From positions 1,795,817 through 1,815,816 of the forward strand of contig NC_090598.1 of NCBI RefSeq assembly GCF_000497125.1: DNA of 20,000 nt, written 5' to 3'. Both the position numbers and the translations under genes were made by a program. The stretch comes from Spironucleus salmonicida. Taxonomy: Eukaryota. A model generated the notes under the pieces. The model searched no databases. It was not told where the DNA came from and saw only the letters and a program-made list of their open reading frames with translations. Below, piece by piece: positions 1 to 11,456 of this stretch; position 1 is the stretch's first letter; every line of letters starts with the position of its first letter.

Positions 1-14
1 TCCATACCACCTGA

Positions 15-473
15 ATGTCTTCGAACTAGTTCGCAGCTCTTTCTGAAGATTTCGGTAAGGTTTAACCTGAATAAGGCAAACCTCGTGACTCAAAACGTCA
101 TGAACCTCACAAACCCGCTTAAGGTCGTCAATTTGATCGTAACTCTGTTAAGGGTGAATCTAGAGGACCTCGTAAAGAAGGTAATGGACCTCGTGGTGCA
201 GGTAATCCTAAAGATTCTCGCGTTCGTGAAGAAACAGAAGAATAAAAATAACGTCGTGAGGCTCGTGAAACCGAATCGCGCGAAGCTATGGAAAACCATT
301 CAAAATTCATTGAAACCATCAAAGAGCTTGAAGTTGAAGTTATTGTTGCTGATGCCAAGGCTGAAGTTATCAAGAACCATGAAATGCCCGCTGACATAGT
401 TAGTTTAGGTAAGAAGGCTGTTGATTCCAAATAAAAGAAGCAGAAATCTAAGTAAATCGTTATGTTTGAATGA
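15..473 (+). CDS. Stm1/SERBP1(HABP4)-like ribosome/mRNA-binding protein, 152 aa (code 6)
   Basis: Open from ATG 15 to TGA 471 when TAA/TAG=Gln: MSSNQFAALSEDFG...GRQFDRNSVKGESRGPRKEGNGPRGAGNPKD...KQIVMFE*. The N-terminal 'SNxFxxL' and the 'RxFDRxS...K.G.G..G' block resemble Stm1_N and HABP4_PAI-RBP1 motifs; the protein is highly charged and low-complexity. Confidence 0.65.
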
Positions 474-607
474 TCATTAATTTTTATTCTTAAAATCACT
501 AAGCTACTTGCATACATGATAATACATCAATCACATCAACAAAATTAAAATTATATTAATTATTAATCATTAACTACAATATTATAATAAGTAATATATT
601 ATCAAAA

Positions 608-1558
608 ATGTATCCTAGAATGATGAACAATGTATTTTACCTAATTTTTTCTTTATTACTTGTTAAATTTAAGTTTACTTATAGTATAATTATCACTCTT
701 ATATTATAAACTACTGTATATGCGGTATTATTTGGATCAATCAGGGTAGCAATTATTTTATTATTACCTAGGAAACTGATGTCTTATTTGTTTGGTAAGT
801 TAATGAATATTAAATTTCCATCTGTAATGTTAATGGTTCTCATTAAGTTTTGGATTAGGCAGTTCAAAGTTTGTACTAATGACATTGTCGATCCACTTTA
901 GTCATTCTAATCATTATCCGGATTCTTTAACAGGCGTATCAATATGGATAATAGATATATACCAGATAAATCATTGAAGGATGTCATATATTCTCCATCA
1001 GACTCTGTTTTAACATAAGTTGCTATCTTTAATGACTCGAAAGCTAAAATTAAAGGACTTGATTTTACATTAAAGTAAATACTCAAAAAATAAGTTTTAG
1101 GAAATTATGCATATTGTGTCTTCTATCTTTCACCTGGAGATTTTCATGATTTTGTTAGTTTTAATGACTTTATCTCTTAAGAGTATACACACATTTAAGG
1201 AGATTTGATGCCAGTAAATAATATATTTACTCACAAAGTTACTCACTTATTGGCACTATAAGAAAGAGTAGTAGTAGAAGGAAGCTTTCATGGAAGAAAA
1301 GCATTCTATGTTCCGGTTGGTGCTTTAAACGTTGGAAATATAACAATGTCTAAAGTCAATATTTAAACAAATTAATTTACCTAGTCGCTTAAGTAACAAT
1401 GCAGCAATTAGTATAAAACTGGGGAAACTATCGGTTAATTTAAACTTGGTAGCACAGTTGTTATTATATTCGAATTATTCGAAGGTGAAAACATTAAAAT
1501 TATTAACAATGGGAAGGTTATGATTGGATAAAAATGTATTGAAATTGTTATGGAATGA
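608..1558 (+). CDS. PSD: Phosphatidylserine decarboxylase proenzyme, 316 aa (code 6)
   Basis: Continuous code-6 frame with a hydrophobic N-terminus, then FFNRRI, SPSDS, YLSPGDFH, VGALNVGNI, and the autocleavage/pyruvoyl motif FKLGSTVV (LGST at 1445-1456). Confidence 0.93.
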
Positions 1559-1598
1559 TTAATATTATTATATATTAAATAATTTTACTTAAACTAAA

Positions 1599-2048
1599 AT
1601 GTCGCAAATAAAATAAAATTTGTAGCTTTATGAATCAATTTTCCGTAAAATTGATGCTGACAACTCTGGATTTATTGATGTACCTGAGCTATAAGTTGCT
1701 CTTGTTGAACTTGGTGTATAAATGGACCAAAAAACAATCTCGGGGATGATTGAACTAGTCGATGATAATGCCGATGGATAAATGTAACTTGAAGAATTTG
1801 TTCATTTTCTTTATATATGTGAAAATGCTAGGCCAGATGATGTACCAACTATTTTATTCTTGGCAGCAGATGAAGACTATAGTTAAACAATAGACTCAGA
1901 TGAGTTGATGGCTATTATACTAAAATTAGGAATAGAAATCACTAAGGAAGAAATTAAAGAAATAATGGATTCTATAGCGGACAATGATGACGGAACTATA
2001 AGTTATGAAATGTTTTGCGCATTAATGGAAGAGATTCTTAACGAGTGA
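1599..2048 (+). CDS. Calmodulin-like EF-hand calcium-binding protein, 149 aa (code 6)
   Basis: Four EF-hand loops: DADNSGFIDVPE, DDNADGQMQLEE, DEDYSQTIDSDE and (A)DNDDGTISYEM. Calmodulin-sized but too divergent to call true calmodulin. Confidence 0.9.
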
Positions 2049-2059
2049 AATAAAAAGAC

Positions 2060-3142
2060 TCATCTCCTATTTTTATATTTTTTATTGTTTTTATTTTTCT
2101 ATTAATTTAAGCTTTAAGGTTATTAGTCAGAATATTAAGATTAACTAGGCATATTCTCTTTCTATGTAGCTTCGGTAGATTCTGAACCTTCTGTATATTA
2201 CTATTCATGGTTTAGTTAAGTATCAATATTATTTATATTAATAACTTAATCTATGCCATTTAACTAATGATCAGTATCGCTTATGCTTATAGGTTATAAA
2301 ACAGATTCTGGGGCAATATCTTCCAATTATTTTACAAGTTACTCGTTATTGATGCACTATTATGTTACTGCATGTGTAACACAGTCATCGCCTACTACTA
2401 ATTTGGTAGGAGAATTAAAGGTTTACTTAATATCCGCTACTACAGTAAATATTTTCTACATCTCATTAAATTTATCAGCTTATAATTTACTATTTGTTTC
2501 CTTAGCAATGTTTAGTTCATTTTCTGAATCCTATAATGCTCTTTGTGCCTGCAACAATCTGGAATGTTAATAACATTCATATAAAATGCTTGAGAGAAGC
2601 GAGTAAATATTTTTATCTTCTAATGATATTGGGAAAGCATAATACTATATTTCCTTTTCTACTAGTATTTTAGTTAATATTTCAAAATTATGCGTAAAAT
2701 TCGCATATTATTCTTACGTTAATAAATCAATTTTAGTTATATAAAGGACACATAACTGATGTTAAAATAGTTACTAAATTATATTAGTATAGTATTAAAT
2801 ACTATCAGCTGATAAATTTAATGTAATAAATATTATATCTGTAAGCATGAAAGGTGAATCCTTGTGCATATCCATTATTGTCAATTTTGCAGGCCTAGCT
2901 CTTATTGGAACTAGTAATGAATTAATAATACCTGTTTTTATAGAGGGGCTAGTGGTAATATAAGGGCATTATGCTAATTTAAGTGATAGCGCTGTTTTAC
3001 CACTTTGGCTAACTCCATATACAGAAATATTAACATGGACTGTTGTTTATATCTATAATTATCTTTAACATAAATCTTAAAATGCAGCAACAGTTATTTT
3101 ATCAGCAGCTGATGTTTTAAAGCTTTCAAAAATATTTGTCAT
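2060..3142 (-). CDS. Atypical small-GTPase-like P-loop protein with C-terminal coiled coil (RABL6-like), 360 aa (code 6)
   Basis: No in-frame TGA from ATG 3142 to TGA 2060-2062. G1 is VNISVYGVSQSGKT (GVSQSGKT at 2993-3016), G3 is degenerate (LTIMDMHKD), G4-like is LYITKID and G5-like is FPISL. These are followed by a helical segment RLLQAQRALQDSENELNIAKE and a low-complexity tail. Confidence 0.75.
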
Positions 3143-3299
3143 ATTAAAAAGTTATCTATTTAAAATAATAATTATTATATTATAAATATAATACTTTATG
3201 CAAGCGAAAACATCGTATTAATATTCTTAGTTACTTATAGTTAATATAGCGTTAGTTAAGTGGTATATATAGTTATAATAGTTAATATTTGAAATAAAG

Positions 3300-3752
3300 T
3301 CAGCCAAATTTCTTCATTATTTCTTAAACTTCTTAAAGCCCAAAACATCCCTCTATAGACCTGATTTTATCTAAAATGTCATGTTTTTTAGTAATAAGTT
3401 CCTTTCTTACTTATACTCTTCCTTACCGCAAATTTTATTCTCGTATTTGGCATCCTTGACAACAATAAGCACTCCGTTTATTCTCCACAATTCGACAGCA
3501 TTCTCTATTACTGCATAGTAGCCCTTTAACTATATGATTTCTAGGAGTATTTTATGGAGATAAAGATGTGAAATATTCATAACTTTTATCAATCTGAACC
3601 TTTAATTGTTAGGAAACAGGAGATATTTGAAGAGGAATCTCAAATTTAGATCTGCCTGATGTTACGTTAATGAGCTAACTATCTAATTTAAAGTGAATTT
3701 GGGTTTGATTTTCCAGCGTTAGAACATATGTGTTTGCATCCAACTTAAGCAT
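3300..3752 (-). CDS. Hypothetical 150-aa protein with putative Cys4 zinc finger
   Basis: Code-6 frame MLKLDANTYVLTLENQ...GLLCSNRECCRIVENKRSAYCCQGCQIREQNLRQGR...IMKKFG*. Start context is AAAATG and the flanks are AT-rich. Confidence 0.75.
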
Positions 3753-3857
3753 TTTGCGTAGATTGTAGAGAGTAATTTGATATTTATGAGTAGTTAAATT
3801 AATATAAAATCAGAATAATATATAAATTTAGTAATAATTAATTTTATTAATAGGTTA

Positions 3858-5045
3858 TCATTCATTTGATACTGTAGTAATAACGACTTCGTTTTATATT
3901 TCTTCTTAAACATCAATTTTCACAGTTTTACATTTTTTACCCATCCACTTACCCATTTACTTAATATTGTCCTTTCTTAAGAAAGGAATTATCATCAAAA
4001 CATTGTTGTATATAAGAACTCCTAATGTAACCAGCACAAAGCCGCCAAATCTCGTTAAAGTAGAGCTTGTATTCCATTTTTCCCATCCTACTATAAACGA
4101 TATAATCCAAACTAATATTGTTCTACACGCATCAAATGTTGCCCTAGTAGCTGCAGATACATGATTAGTTATTTCCATACCAGTAAAATTGAAGACTAGA
4201 ACAGATATTGGATATCCAAAATGTAGCAGCATTTCCCCTACAGAGTGTTGAATTTGATAGGCCCATGCAACTATGTCCTCAAAGTTTTTACCCTTATTAT
4301 CTGAGAATGGATCCTAGAAATTATTGAATATTGGAAGCAGAATAGCATAAATTAAAATACCCCACCCACCTTCATTACCTACCCCCACTAAGCCTATTGT
4401 TTAAATTTTTCTTAATGAAATTTCTTCTACTATAAAAAATAATGCAGCAAAAAGATTACCAACTAGAACGAGCACAATTCCCAAAACATTATTTCTGGCC
4501 TAACTGCTGGAGTCTTAAAATAGAATAGTTGCCAAAGCAATTATAGTGGCTCCAACAAATAGGATAACTATTCCAATAATCTATGGGAGATCGAATGATT
4601 TTCTATAATCTTTCCAAATACAGGCAGACATCATAGCAACAAAAATAACAGTAACATTTCTTAGTATTTAATACACAGATGCAATTGTAAAGAACAGACC
4701 AATATTATAAAGAGTTGTCGCTGCAACATCACATAAGGTAGGAAGAATAAATAAGAAAGTATGAGGGAAAAACTTATAAAATATTTTACCTTCCTTAAGT
4801 AGGGCTAGTTCCTTACCTCTTGCTTTTCTTATGCATTCCAGTACAAGCCATACTCCCAAACATGCAAATTCTCCGATAAACATAAAAAAAGTTTGAATAT
4901 AAGGGTGATTAAACTCTATCGGGGCCAAACCAGTCCCAGGTGATAGTGTAAATTCAGACATACCTTTAGCTGTGAGTGTTGAACTAGCGCCTGAGAATAA
5001 CATACCAAATATATATCCCCAAACAATTAACGAAAAAGTGGCCAT
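3858..5045 (-). CDS. SLC35F6-like DMT/nucleotide-sugar transporter superfamily protein, 395 aa (code 6)
   Basis: Track ORFs 4668-5045 and 3957-4232 are in the same frame and join under code 6. Multiple TM segments; motifs FNHPYIQTFFMFIGEFACL, LPTLCDVAATTL, ASVY(Q)ILR and VSAATRATFDACRTILVW. Confidence 0.88.
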
Positions 5046-7067
5046 TTTTATTTTATAATAAATTTTTTATTCATTTGTCTAACACGAATAATTATTAATC
5101 TTATATTTAAAAAAAAATAATTCATGATATATATTTAATATTTAAAATTGATAGAAACATTAAAATAAAGAAATCACACTTCATATAATATAAATTTAAT
5201 TATGAGGATATTGTGATATATTGATCGAAATAATTACTTTAAAATTAGTTTCATCAAAAATTAATTTTATATAGTATATATTTTGAAACATAAGAGATAT
5301 ATTAAGGATAAAATGATATATAAGTTTATTTTTAAATGTTTATAATAAAATTTATATTATTGGTATACCAGGTGAATGCGAGAATGATAAATTTTACAAA
5401 GCTGCTAAGTACTGTTCTCCACTTTTATAATAAGTAGTACAAGGTATGAATAAATCAATCAGCATAAATTCATATATTTACGTGCTCGAAATGTTATTAA
5501 ATAGTCTAAATAAGACTGCTTGATTAGCAAGAAACATGTTTACTGATGTTATACAATATTTATATTAACTGAGAGACAAAATATAATTTATATTCAATAA
5601 ACAAATAATTTAGCATATTGAATGATGAGTATTTGTATATAAATCGTTAATCTATCTTTGTATAATATATAAAAATCAAGCCCATAATTACATTACCGAA
5701 TTTATTCAGTTTTTGGTTACATTATTTTAAAGCATTCTTTTAAATCTATATACTCAATAGGTGAATACAAATCTCTATGACGCTAAAAATGAATATACTA
5801 AAACTTAGAAAGCTGCTACTTTACGAACTGCCAAATAAATATAAATTTAACCACTATGTTTATCATGGTAAAGGTTGTATAACCATTAATGCTTCGGGTT
5901 GACAAAAATAGTCAATTATGAATCAATTATAACAAAGAGAAATAAGTATAGTTAAATATATAATATTTAGTATCGAGTAATAAATTCCACAAAAGATAAT
6001 AACTAACCTATATTTAGAGGTTTTGTTTATTTTTGTTAAATTTAAAAGTGATTCTATGATATTAAAGATATAATAATATATAATTTCTAATTTTGAGAAT
6101 GAATCAGTGATACTATTTACACTTTAGCACTGAGCCTATATTGGTTATGCCCAGAGGATATATATGATAATAGATATACTAGGCTAGCACGCACTAGTGA
6201 AATACTAAGTTCGGTAAGTTAGTTAGCTAGCGTCCTCAAGCAGCTAGTTGCTAGCTAGCAAGAGCTAGGGTAAGATTAAAGCACGAATGAAGAGCTACCT
6301 TTAATGGTACGGTAAGGATCCCCATCTGCCGCATTATACTATACCCCAATAGAAACATATCGGAATATATTCTATTAGACGAATTTGCATATAACGAGGT
6401 TAGGGAGTATATTGCTAGCCTAAACTATTTATAATAGTATTTAGTATGAATATATATAGTTATAATAATATCTAAAAAAAAACGATACTGTGACCGCAAA
6501 AGCAATCTAATACAGCGACGGAGAAGGGAAAGTTAATCAGAAAGTCAAAAACAAGAGATTAAAATTGCATATGGATATCATACCCAGAGCGAGCATACTA
6601 TAGTTTAGCTTCTGATGGGTTCGATGGATATGAAAACTTGTGTATAGAGCTAATCGTTCTATTTCGCTACAGCATTACTGGGAGGTTTTAGGCATCAAAT
6701 GTATTGCAAACTCTTATTTCGTTAAGTACAAGACGATGCCTCGGTTGCCAATAAGTTTTGATATTGGGTCCTACATTCTTGGGCATGGAAGCACAGTGTC
6801 GGACTTAGTGTATTCTGCTATAAAATAACACTTTCGGTACAATGGTGGTAGTAAGTTCTTATAGTAGTAATACTAGCAGTAATTCTACATTACCTTTCAC
6901 ATATCAATATCACATATATTTAATATATGGGTAGAACTTAGCGAAGCGGATATGCTAGATGGGGAGTATGGTTCTGCCAGTAGGCACTTAGCACGCCTGT
7001 AAGAATAAATTAGCTGGGAAGTTTGGAAATAAAGGTATCCGCTGGCTTTCTAATGTTTGCTTTAGCC

Positions 7068-10000
7068 GGTGACGAGATGGCGCTAGCTGGTGGTCAGGAC
7101 CCAGCGAGGTAGCAATACCGTAATTTAGCAAGAATAGGACTGAACTTATGCTAGCTTAGGCCTTCCACATCTTGGTGCTACGAGGCTGAGTCGATGCTGT
7201 TGGCATACTGAATAATGGCTTAACCTTCATATTTGGCACAGCTGGCTGCTACTGAAGTGGGTACCACTAGTACGGTACCCCAAGTATTTCCATAGACAGC
7301 ACCAAGGTAGGCATGAGTGGTACTGCATAGTGCTTGACGACAATACAATACTATAGTATATATAGTAATATCTTAATTGGAGTTTAGTAGTATGTATGCA
7401 TTGGGAGTGGTGCCTATAAGGATATTTAGTATATACTATTGTACTTATAGAATATACTACTACCCTTACTAATATATATTCACTTATGAGCCCAGGTGCA
7501 CAGTAGCCTAAGAAGGCTATTCTTACTAGTAATGCAAGCACAGGTTGTGCCGAAGACTGATTGTATTATATCTTTAATACCCGGATGATGCATAATCTAT
7601 CAAAAATGATACTCTGCAGTCTCACCCGGTATGCTGCTTAAGACCGAAGCCTAGGGATAGATGAGTTTTAAATGGTAACGACGACTCGCTAGGATGAGTT
7701 TTACCAAAGCGAGGTCAGCGAGAGTGTGGCTATCAGGGTGACGAGATGGCGCTAGCTGGTGGTCAGGACCCAGCGAGGTAGCAATACCGTAATTTATTAA
7801 GAACAGGACTGACCTTATGCTAGCTTAGGCCTTCCACATTTTGGTGCTACGAGCCTGAGTTGCGGCTGTTGGCATACTGAATAATGGCTTAACCTTCATA
7901 TTTGGCACAGCTGCCTGCTAGTGAAGTGGGTACCACTAGTACTGGTACCCCAAGTATTTCCATAGACAGCACCACGGTAGGCGTGAGTGGTACTGGGATA
8001 GTGCTCGATGACAATACAATACTATAGTATATATAGTAATATCTTAAATGGAGTTTAGTAGTATATATGCATTGGGAGTGGTGCCTATAAGGATATTTAG
8101 TATATTACTATTGTATTTATATAATATACTACTATGCTTACTAATATATATTCACTTATGAGCCCAGGTACACAGTAGCCTAATAAGGCTATTCTCACTA
8201 GCAGAGTACAAGCACAGGTTGTGCCGAAGACTGATTGTATTATATCTTTAATACCAGGATGATGCATAATCTATCAAACATGAAATTCTGCAGTCTCACT
8301 CGGTATGCTGCTTAAGACAGAAGCATAGGGATGGATGAGTTTAAATGGTAACGATGCCTCGTAGGATGAGTTTTACCAAAGCGAGGTCAGCGAGAGTGTG
8401 GCTATCAGGGTGACGAGATGGCGCTAGCTGGTGGTCAGGACCCAGCGAGGTAGCAATACCGTAATTTAGCAAGAATAGGACTGAACTTATGCTAGCTTAG
8501 GCCTTCCACATCTTGGTGCTACGAGGCTGAGTCGATGCTGTTGGCATACTGAATAATGGCTTAACCTTCATATTTGGCACAGCTGGCTGCTACTGAAGTG
8601 GGTACCACTAGTACGGTACCCCAAGTATTTCCATAGACAGCACCAAGGTAGGCATGAGTGGTACTGCATAGTGCTTGACGACAATACAATACTATAGTAT
8701 ATATAGTAATATCTTAATTGGAGTTTAGTAGTATGTATGCATTGGGAGTGGTGCCTATAAGGATATTTAGTATATTACTATTGTATCTATATAATATACT
8801 ACTACCCTTACTAATACATATTCACTTATGAGCCCAGGTGCACAGTAGCCTAAGAAGGCTATTCTTACTAGTAATGCAAGCACAGGCTATGCCGAAGACT
8901 GTTTGTATATTCTATGTGTAGTACCTGCCTGCTACTGAAGTGGGTACCACTAGTACTGCTACACGTAGTATTTCCATAGACAGCACCAAGGCAGGCGTGA
9001 GTGGTACTGGCGTAGTGCTTGATGACTATACAATACTATAGTATATATAGTAATAACTTAATTGGAGTTTAATAGTATATATGCATTGGGAGTGGTGCCT
9101 ATAAGGATATTTAGTATATTACTATTGTATTTATAGTATATAGCACTATACTTACTAATACATATTCACTTATGAGCCCAGGTACAAAGTAGCACTAGGA
9201 AGGCTATTCTCACTAGTAATGCAAGCACAGGCTATGCCGAAGACTGTTAGTATATTCTATGTTTAATACCTATCTGCTACTGAACTGGGTACCACTAGTA
9301 CGGTACCCCAAGTATTTCCATAGACAGCACCAAGGCAGGCGTGAGTGGTACTGGGATAGTGCTTGATGAGTATGCAATACTATAGTATATATAGGAATAT
9401 CTTAATTGGAGTTTAGTAGTATATATGCATTGGGAGTGGTGCCTATAAGGATATTTAGTATATTACTATTGTACTTATATAATATACTACTATGCTTACT
9501 AATACATATTCACTTATGAGCCCAGGTGCACAGTACACTAGGAAGGGTATTCTTACCTGTAGAGTACAAGCACAGGCTATGCCGAAGACTGTTTGTATTC
9601 TATCTTTAATAACTATCTGCTACTGAAGTGGGCACCACTAGTACTGGACCCCAAGTAGTTCCATAGATAGCACCAAGGCAGGCGTGAGTGGTACTGGCGT
9701 AGTGCTTGACGACAATACAATACTATAGTATATATAGTAATATCTTAAATGGAGTTTAATAGTATATATGCATTGGGAGTGGTGCCTATAAGGATATTTA
9801 GTATATTACTATTGTACTTATATAATATACTACTATGCTTACTAATACATATTCACTTATGAGCCCAGGTGCACAGTACACTAGGAAGGGTATTCTTACC
9901 TGTAGAGTACAAGCACAGGCTATGCCGAAGACTGTTTGTATTCTATCTTTAATAACTATCTGCTACTGAAGTGGGCACCACTAGTACTGGACCCCAAGTA

Positions 10001-11456
10001 GTTCCATAGATAGCACCAAGGCAGGCGTGAGTGGTACTGGGATAGTGCTTGATGAGTATACAATACTATAGTATATATAGGAATATCTTAATTGGAGTTT
10101 AGTAGTATATATGCATTGGGAGTGGGTGCCTATAAGGATATTTAGTATATACTATTGTATTTATATAATACATTACTATACTTACTAATATATATTCACT
10201 TATGAGCCCAGGTACAAAGTAGCCTAAGAAGGCTATTCTTACCTGTAGAGTACAAGCACAGGCTATGCCGAATGCTGTTTGTATATTCTATGTGTAGTAC
10301 CTGCCTGCTACTGAAGTGGGTACCACTAGTACGGTACCCCAAGTATTTCCATAGACAGCACCACGGTAGGCGTGAGTGGTACTGGCGTAGTGCTTGACGA
10401 CAATACAATACTATAGTATATATAGTAATATCTTAATTGGAGTTTAGTAGTATAGATGCATTGGGAGTGGTGCCTATAAGGATATTTAGCATATTACTAT
10501 TGTATTTATAGAATATACTACTATGCTTACTAATACATATTCACTTATGAGCCCAGGTGCACAGTAGCCTAAGAAGGCTATTCTTACCTGTAGAGTACAA
10601 GCACAGGTTATGCCGAAGACTGTTTGTATATTCTATGTGTAGTACCTGCCTGCTACTGAAGTGGGTACCACTAGTACGGTACCCCAAGTAGTTCCATAGA
10701 CAGCACCAAGGCAGGCGTGAGTGGTACTGGGATAGTGCTTGATGAGTATGCAATACTATAGTATATATAGGAATATCTTAATTGGAGTTTAGTAGTATAT
10801 ATGCATTGGGAGTGGTGCCTATAAGGATATTTAGTATATTACTATTGTATCTATATAATATACTACTACCCTTACTAATACATATTCACTTATGAGCCCA
10901 GGTACACAGTAGCCTAAGAAGGCTATTCTTACCTGTAGAGTACAAGCACAGGTTATGCCGAAGACTGTTTGTATATTCTATGTGTAATACCTGCCTGCTA
11001 CTGAAGTGGGTACCACCAGTACGGTACCCCAAGTATTTCCATAGACAGCACCAAGGCAGGCGTGAGTGGTACTGGCGTAGTGCTTGATGACTATACAATA
11101 CTATAGTATATATAGTAATAGCTTAAATGGAGTTTAGTAGTATATATGCATTGGGAGTGGTGCTTGTAAGGATATTTAGCATATTACTATTGTATTTATA
11201 GTATATAGCACTATACTTACTAATACATATTCACTTATGAGCCCAGGTACAAAGTATCACTAAGAAGGCTATTCTCACTAGTAATACAAGCACAGGCTAT
11301 GCCGAAGACTGTTTGCATTCTATCTTTAATACCCGGATGATGCATAATCTATCAAACATGATACTCTGCAGTCTCACCCGGTATGTTTATTAAGACCGAA
11401 GCATAGGGATGGATGAATGTTAGATGGTAACGACGACTCGCTAGGATGAGTTTTAC
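7068..11456. repeat. Nested subtelomeric tandem array: [head-core-tail]x2 then [head-(core)x8-tail]
   Basis: Core marker TCACTTATGAGCCCAGG occurs at 7480, 8152, 8822, 9166, 9510, 9853, 10196, 10541, 10886 and 11231 (spacings 672, 670, 344, 344, 343, 343, 345, 345, 345). Head marker GGTGACGAGATGGCGCTAGC occurs at 7068, 7737 and 8409. The tail (GGATGATGCATAATCTATCAAA...GGATGAGTTTTAC) follows cores 1, 2 and 10. Confidence 0.97.

Noticed and set aside
85-517. Track ORFs 85-399 (+), 90-299 (-) and 128-517 (-)
   Set aside because: These are shadow frames of the code-6 gene at 15-473.
2283-4164. Track ORFs 2283-2570 (+) and 3967-4164 (+)
   Set aside because: These are antisense shadows of the GTPase-like and transporter genes.
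6494-7072. TGA-free plus frame of ~190 codons containing LASDG (PP2C-like motif); also track ORF 6640-6828
   Set aside because: No early ATG and no other PP2C motifs. With a single stop codon, frames of this length arise by chance.
9853-11151. Long minus-strand code-6 ORF through the repeat cores, and the repeated 70-aa track ORFs
   Set aside because: Each core has only one TCA, so two minus frames are open trivially. Neighbouring copies of 343/344 bp break phase and the translation matches nothing I recognise.
7068-11456. CRISPR array or transposon interpretation of the repeats
   Set aside because: Units are long and contiguous with no unique spacers; there is no cas, transposase or RT gene and no terminal inverted repeats or target-site duplication seen; the context is eukaryotic.
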